A stretch of 64,000 nt of DNA from contig OZ281496.1 of the NCBI GenBank assembly GCA_965637545.1, forward strand, positions 12,214,001 to 12,278,000, written 5' to 3'. Position 1 is the first letter of the stretch. Every line of letters starts with the position of its first letter. Of the stretch, positions 60,655 through 64,000 are shown one piece after another. The notes beneath the pieces are model-generated. The model saw nothing but the letters and a program-made list of their open reading frames with translations, had not been told where the DNA came from and made no database searches. This DNA is from Phallusia mammillata. Its lineage: Eukaryota. The position numbers were made by a program, and so were the translations under genes.

Positions 60655-62394
60655 TCTTCTACCAGTATTTCATCCACTAGCTCAAAATCCATTTTTTTGT
60701 ACTTAACTGCTGAACAAAAAACCTTAAATGAACAAGGTCTAAGCAACTTGATTAAAAGTAACTTCCAACTAACCAAATTGTGGTCTAACGTGCCCCCTTG
60801 ACCTTGTCAATCAAAATCTCAGCCACCGAGAAACATTTCAACATCGCCCATTTAAGTTACTTTAAATTTAAGCAGGATTTTTATCCATTTAAAATAATAA
60901 ACTACCAGTTTTACATTTCTTTTAAACAGCCAACTGTTCTTTTTTACTGACAAACACAGTTTTCGGCAAAGTTCCTGGCAAAAAATTACTGTACAGGAGC
61001 CTTCGCCCAACTTTTTCGCTACGCGCACGAAACCTGTGAACAGTCCCAATGAAACCCATTGTAGCGAAAGGTTCGCTTAACTTCGCCACGCTACGTCCGG
61101 TGTCAACGGGCCTTACAGCTTATAGTATGGAGAGCCTTTAAACAATGGAAGTCCATCTATGTTCACTACAAGAAAATACTGCTCTTTTTTGTACATACTA
61201 ACCAAACCTGTCTTTAATGATGTTAACCAATTTGGCATGTATATATAGCCTACATTCTGGGTGATTTTTACTTTAATTTCTTTAAAAAAAAAAATTTTAT
61301 GTGATATAACTGTGCAGTTTATATGATATTTTACGTTATATATCTATTCAGTTTATATGATATTTTATGTGATATATCTGTTCTGTTTGTATGATATTTT
61401 ATTTATTAAAATCTTTTTTTTTTTTTTTTTTTTGCTATGTAGAGGCCCCGCCCCGCCTCAACCAGTGACGACCGGCCGCAAAAAAAACGGTAGGTAATGC
61501 CGTCTCCTTCCTAGAAAAAGGAAAAAAATGCACAAAACATAAGCAAACAAAAACAAAACAAACAGCATAATAACATAAATAACATAACAAACGTAATGTA
61601 GAGTTAACATAAAAACGGGTAACCCTTGCAAACTGAAAAATACAAAAAGTAGACGCCGCGAGCTGGCAGGAGAGAGCAATACAAATCATAAAAATAAGGA
61701 AAAGAATTTTCGTTACATACAGTACAGATGTATATCTTCAGATTTTAATAAATTAAAGTTAAAATCACCCAGAATGTAGGCTATATACACATGCCAAATT
61801 GGTTAACATCATTAAAGACAGTTTTGGTTAGTATGTACAAAAAAGAGCAGTATTTTCTTGTAGTGAACATAGATGGACTTCCATTGTTTAAAGGCTCTCC
61901 ATACTACAAGCTGTAAGGCCCGTTCACACCGGACGTAGCGTAGCGAAGTTGGCGAAGTTAAGCGAACCTTTCGCTACAATGGATTTTTCGCTCAATTTCG
62001 CCCAACTTCGCCGAGGTTTCGTGCGCGTAGCGAATAAGTTGGGCGAAGGCTCCTGTACAGTAATTTTTTGCCAGGAACTTTGCCGAAAACTGTGTTTGTC
62101 AGTAAAAAAGAACAGTTGGCTGTTTAAAAAAAAATGTAAAACTGGTAGTTTATTATTTTAAACGGATAAAAATCCTGCTTTCATTTAAAGTAACTTAAAT
62201 GGGCGATGTTGAAATGTTTCTCTGTGGCTGAGATTTTGATTGACAAGGTCAAGGGGTCACGTTAGACGACAATTTGGTTAGTTGGAAGTTACTTTTAATC
62301 AAGTTGCTTAGACCTTGTTCATTTAAGGTTTTTGTTCAGCAGTTGAGTACAAAAAAAATGATTTTGAGCTAGTGGATGAAATACTGGTAGAAGA
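60655..62394. repeat. Long inverted duplication: arms about 60655-61413 and 61741-62394, spacer 61414-61740
   Basis: The left arm is the reverse complement of the right arm, with scattered substitutions, small indels and a roughly 120-bp AT-rich insertion; each arm contains flank DNA plus the Harbinger left end. Confidence 0.95.
61414..61740 (-). mobile_element. Poly(A)-tailed retroposed fragment (SINE or LINE 3' end) in the palindrome spacer
   Basis: The minus strand has a T-rich UTR-like body and ends GGCCTCTACATAGC followed by about 21 A. Confidence 0.55.
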
Positions 62395-64000
62395 GATAAA
62401 GAAGTATAGGTCCTTATATGACCTATCATTTCATGGCTATAGAGATAAATTTGCAAAAGAAAATGCCTGGAAAGCAATCGGGCAAACATTAAACATGGAA
62501 GTTTAGTGTGATGTAAAAGCAGACAGACATTTGCTTAAATATTAAAAACTTAAAACATGTGCATGTTATACCATATGTCATGTGAAATATCAATTAATTA
62601 ATACTTATGCATCAGTTGTCAAGACAAAATTTCCCCTACTTTTGTGTAGACTAGGTAATAAAATATTTATGAGGCTATTATTGTATGTGTGCATAATGTA
62701 CTATGTTTTTCTGTCATTCAGGAAAACTTGTTTTAATTGTTAAGCAGTGCATATCCTTGCTTCCTGTATGGCCTATGGGGATTTTCCATGCCTTGGTTGT
62801 TTGGATTCCCAAATTTGGTTGTATTGTATGGTAACATATTCATAGCTTTTTAGTGTAGCTATAGTAAATATAGCTATTGCATACCTTATTTAAAAACTGT
62901 AACATATTGGCACTAACATTAATTTCAACCAGGTGATGAAACAAAAAAAAATGGAAGTCCCTGCATGACAAATTCACGAGGGAAAAAATATTGCTGAAAA
63001 AGTCCGGCTCAGAAGCTTCAACTGCATCGCAGTGGTCATTGTACCCAGTGATGCAGTTTTTAGAAAAACAAATGGAACCCAGGGGGTGAGAGTATTTGTC
63101 TAGGTCTCACAGCTATATATAACTGAACGTAATGCACCCAAAGACAGTGCACACTGTCACAAACTATATGATAAGATTTATAATTCCACGATACATTGAT
63201 TGTGGATATATTTCGTAATCCCCCTTGCTGGTGCTTTTATTTGTTTAGTACAACTTCAAACTACAACACAGTCTTTGAGGAGACCTCACTCTGTGAGAGT
63301 GATGTTTCAGGTGTAGAAACAGTTTATTTCCAGGAAACTGTTTCTACACCAGAAACACAGTCAACCCCGGAATCAACCAACCCCACCAGAAAGACCAAAA
63401 AAAGGAAACCAGACATGGACTTGGCATTGTTGCATGCCTTAGAAAAAAAAACAGGTAACAGTAGTCAATGATTTTATCTGCAGTTTCCTTGTGTGTATTT
63501 TGTTCAGAACACAAACCTAGAAATAAGTTTTAATTTGTACATGCTAACAAAGTTTGTACCTGAAATTTCTGAAACCAGACCTTTTATGTAGTGTTTTTGA
63601 TTTGTTTTTCAGAGGAGACACAAGACCCTGGAGGAATTGTTTTTTCTTGGAGTGGCTGGTGAAACAAAGCACTGGCCTACTGTAGTGAAGTGCGAGTTTA
63701 AATTAAAAATCAGAACTCTAATGTTGGATATCGAAACAAAAATGGAGTCTGAAAAGTAAAATCTTCACTACAGTAGGACAGTGCTTTGTTACACTATATA
63801 TTTTATTTTTCAGATTTTATTTTATTGTTGTTTTAAAAAACACAAAGTTAATCTAAGATGGCATTGGTTCGTGTTTTAACACTGTAACAGGAAAGACCAC
63901 GTGAAGGTTGCCATCAACTTTCCCACAAACAGACATATAGACAAACAGTTACAGGACAAACATGGCTCTGAAAAGAGCCGTTTACATGCAAACTAACTAA
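61917..64000 (+). mobile_element. PIF/Harbinger transposon (left end) with a decayed spliced MADF/Myb-SANT plus BESS-like gene (about 62358-63760)
   Basis: TAA followed by GGCCCGTTCACACC; DEILVEEIKKYRSLYD...YRDKFAKENAWKAIG; KKWKSLHDKFTRE...WSLYPVMQFL; LEELFFLGVAGETKHWP...FKLKIRTLM. The right end is not in the window. Confidence 0.8.

Noticed and set aside
60655-62394. Long TIRs of a single foldback transposon
   Set aside because: The arms contain a Harbinger end facing outward plus flank DNA, the right arm continues directly into the MADF gene, and no outer TSD is seen.
1-64000. Most remaining 60-130 aa ORFs in the supplied track
   Set aside because: No recognisable motifs; many use non-ATG starts or overlap TE relics in other frames.

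Overview
This is AT-rich eukaryotic DNA, probably from a tunicate (inferred from 61-63 bp introns, an intelectin gene and an LDLa-repeat GPCR fragment), and it is dominated by transposable elements. The one clearly intact element is a very young BEL/Pao LTR retrotransposon at 580-9084, with 695-bp LTRs differing at one position, a CTTAG target-site duplication and a 2143-aa Gag-Pol ORF. It has no tRNA-type primer-binding site; instead the sequence after the 5' LTR is complementary to a 10-mer inside its own LTR, which suggests self-priming. A second, LTR-less BEL/Pao pol ORF is fused in frame to an LDLa-plus-transmembrane piece of a host GPCR. The window also holds two Penelope-like elements with hammerhead ribozymes (one apparently intact, one core-mutated), two decayed Polinton-like pPolB copies, relics of hAT, Tc1/pogo, piggyBac, Gypsy, MULE-like and RLE-LINE elements, a Harbinger end caught in a long inverted duplication, and disabled host genes (C2H2 zinc-finger array, intelectin, adhesion GPCR). 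All calls come from motif reading by eye; no database search was run, and boundaries of decayed relics are approximate.
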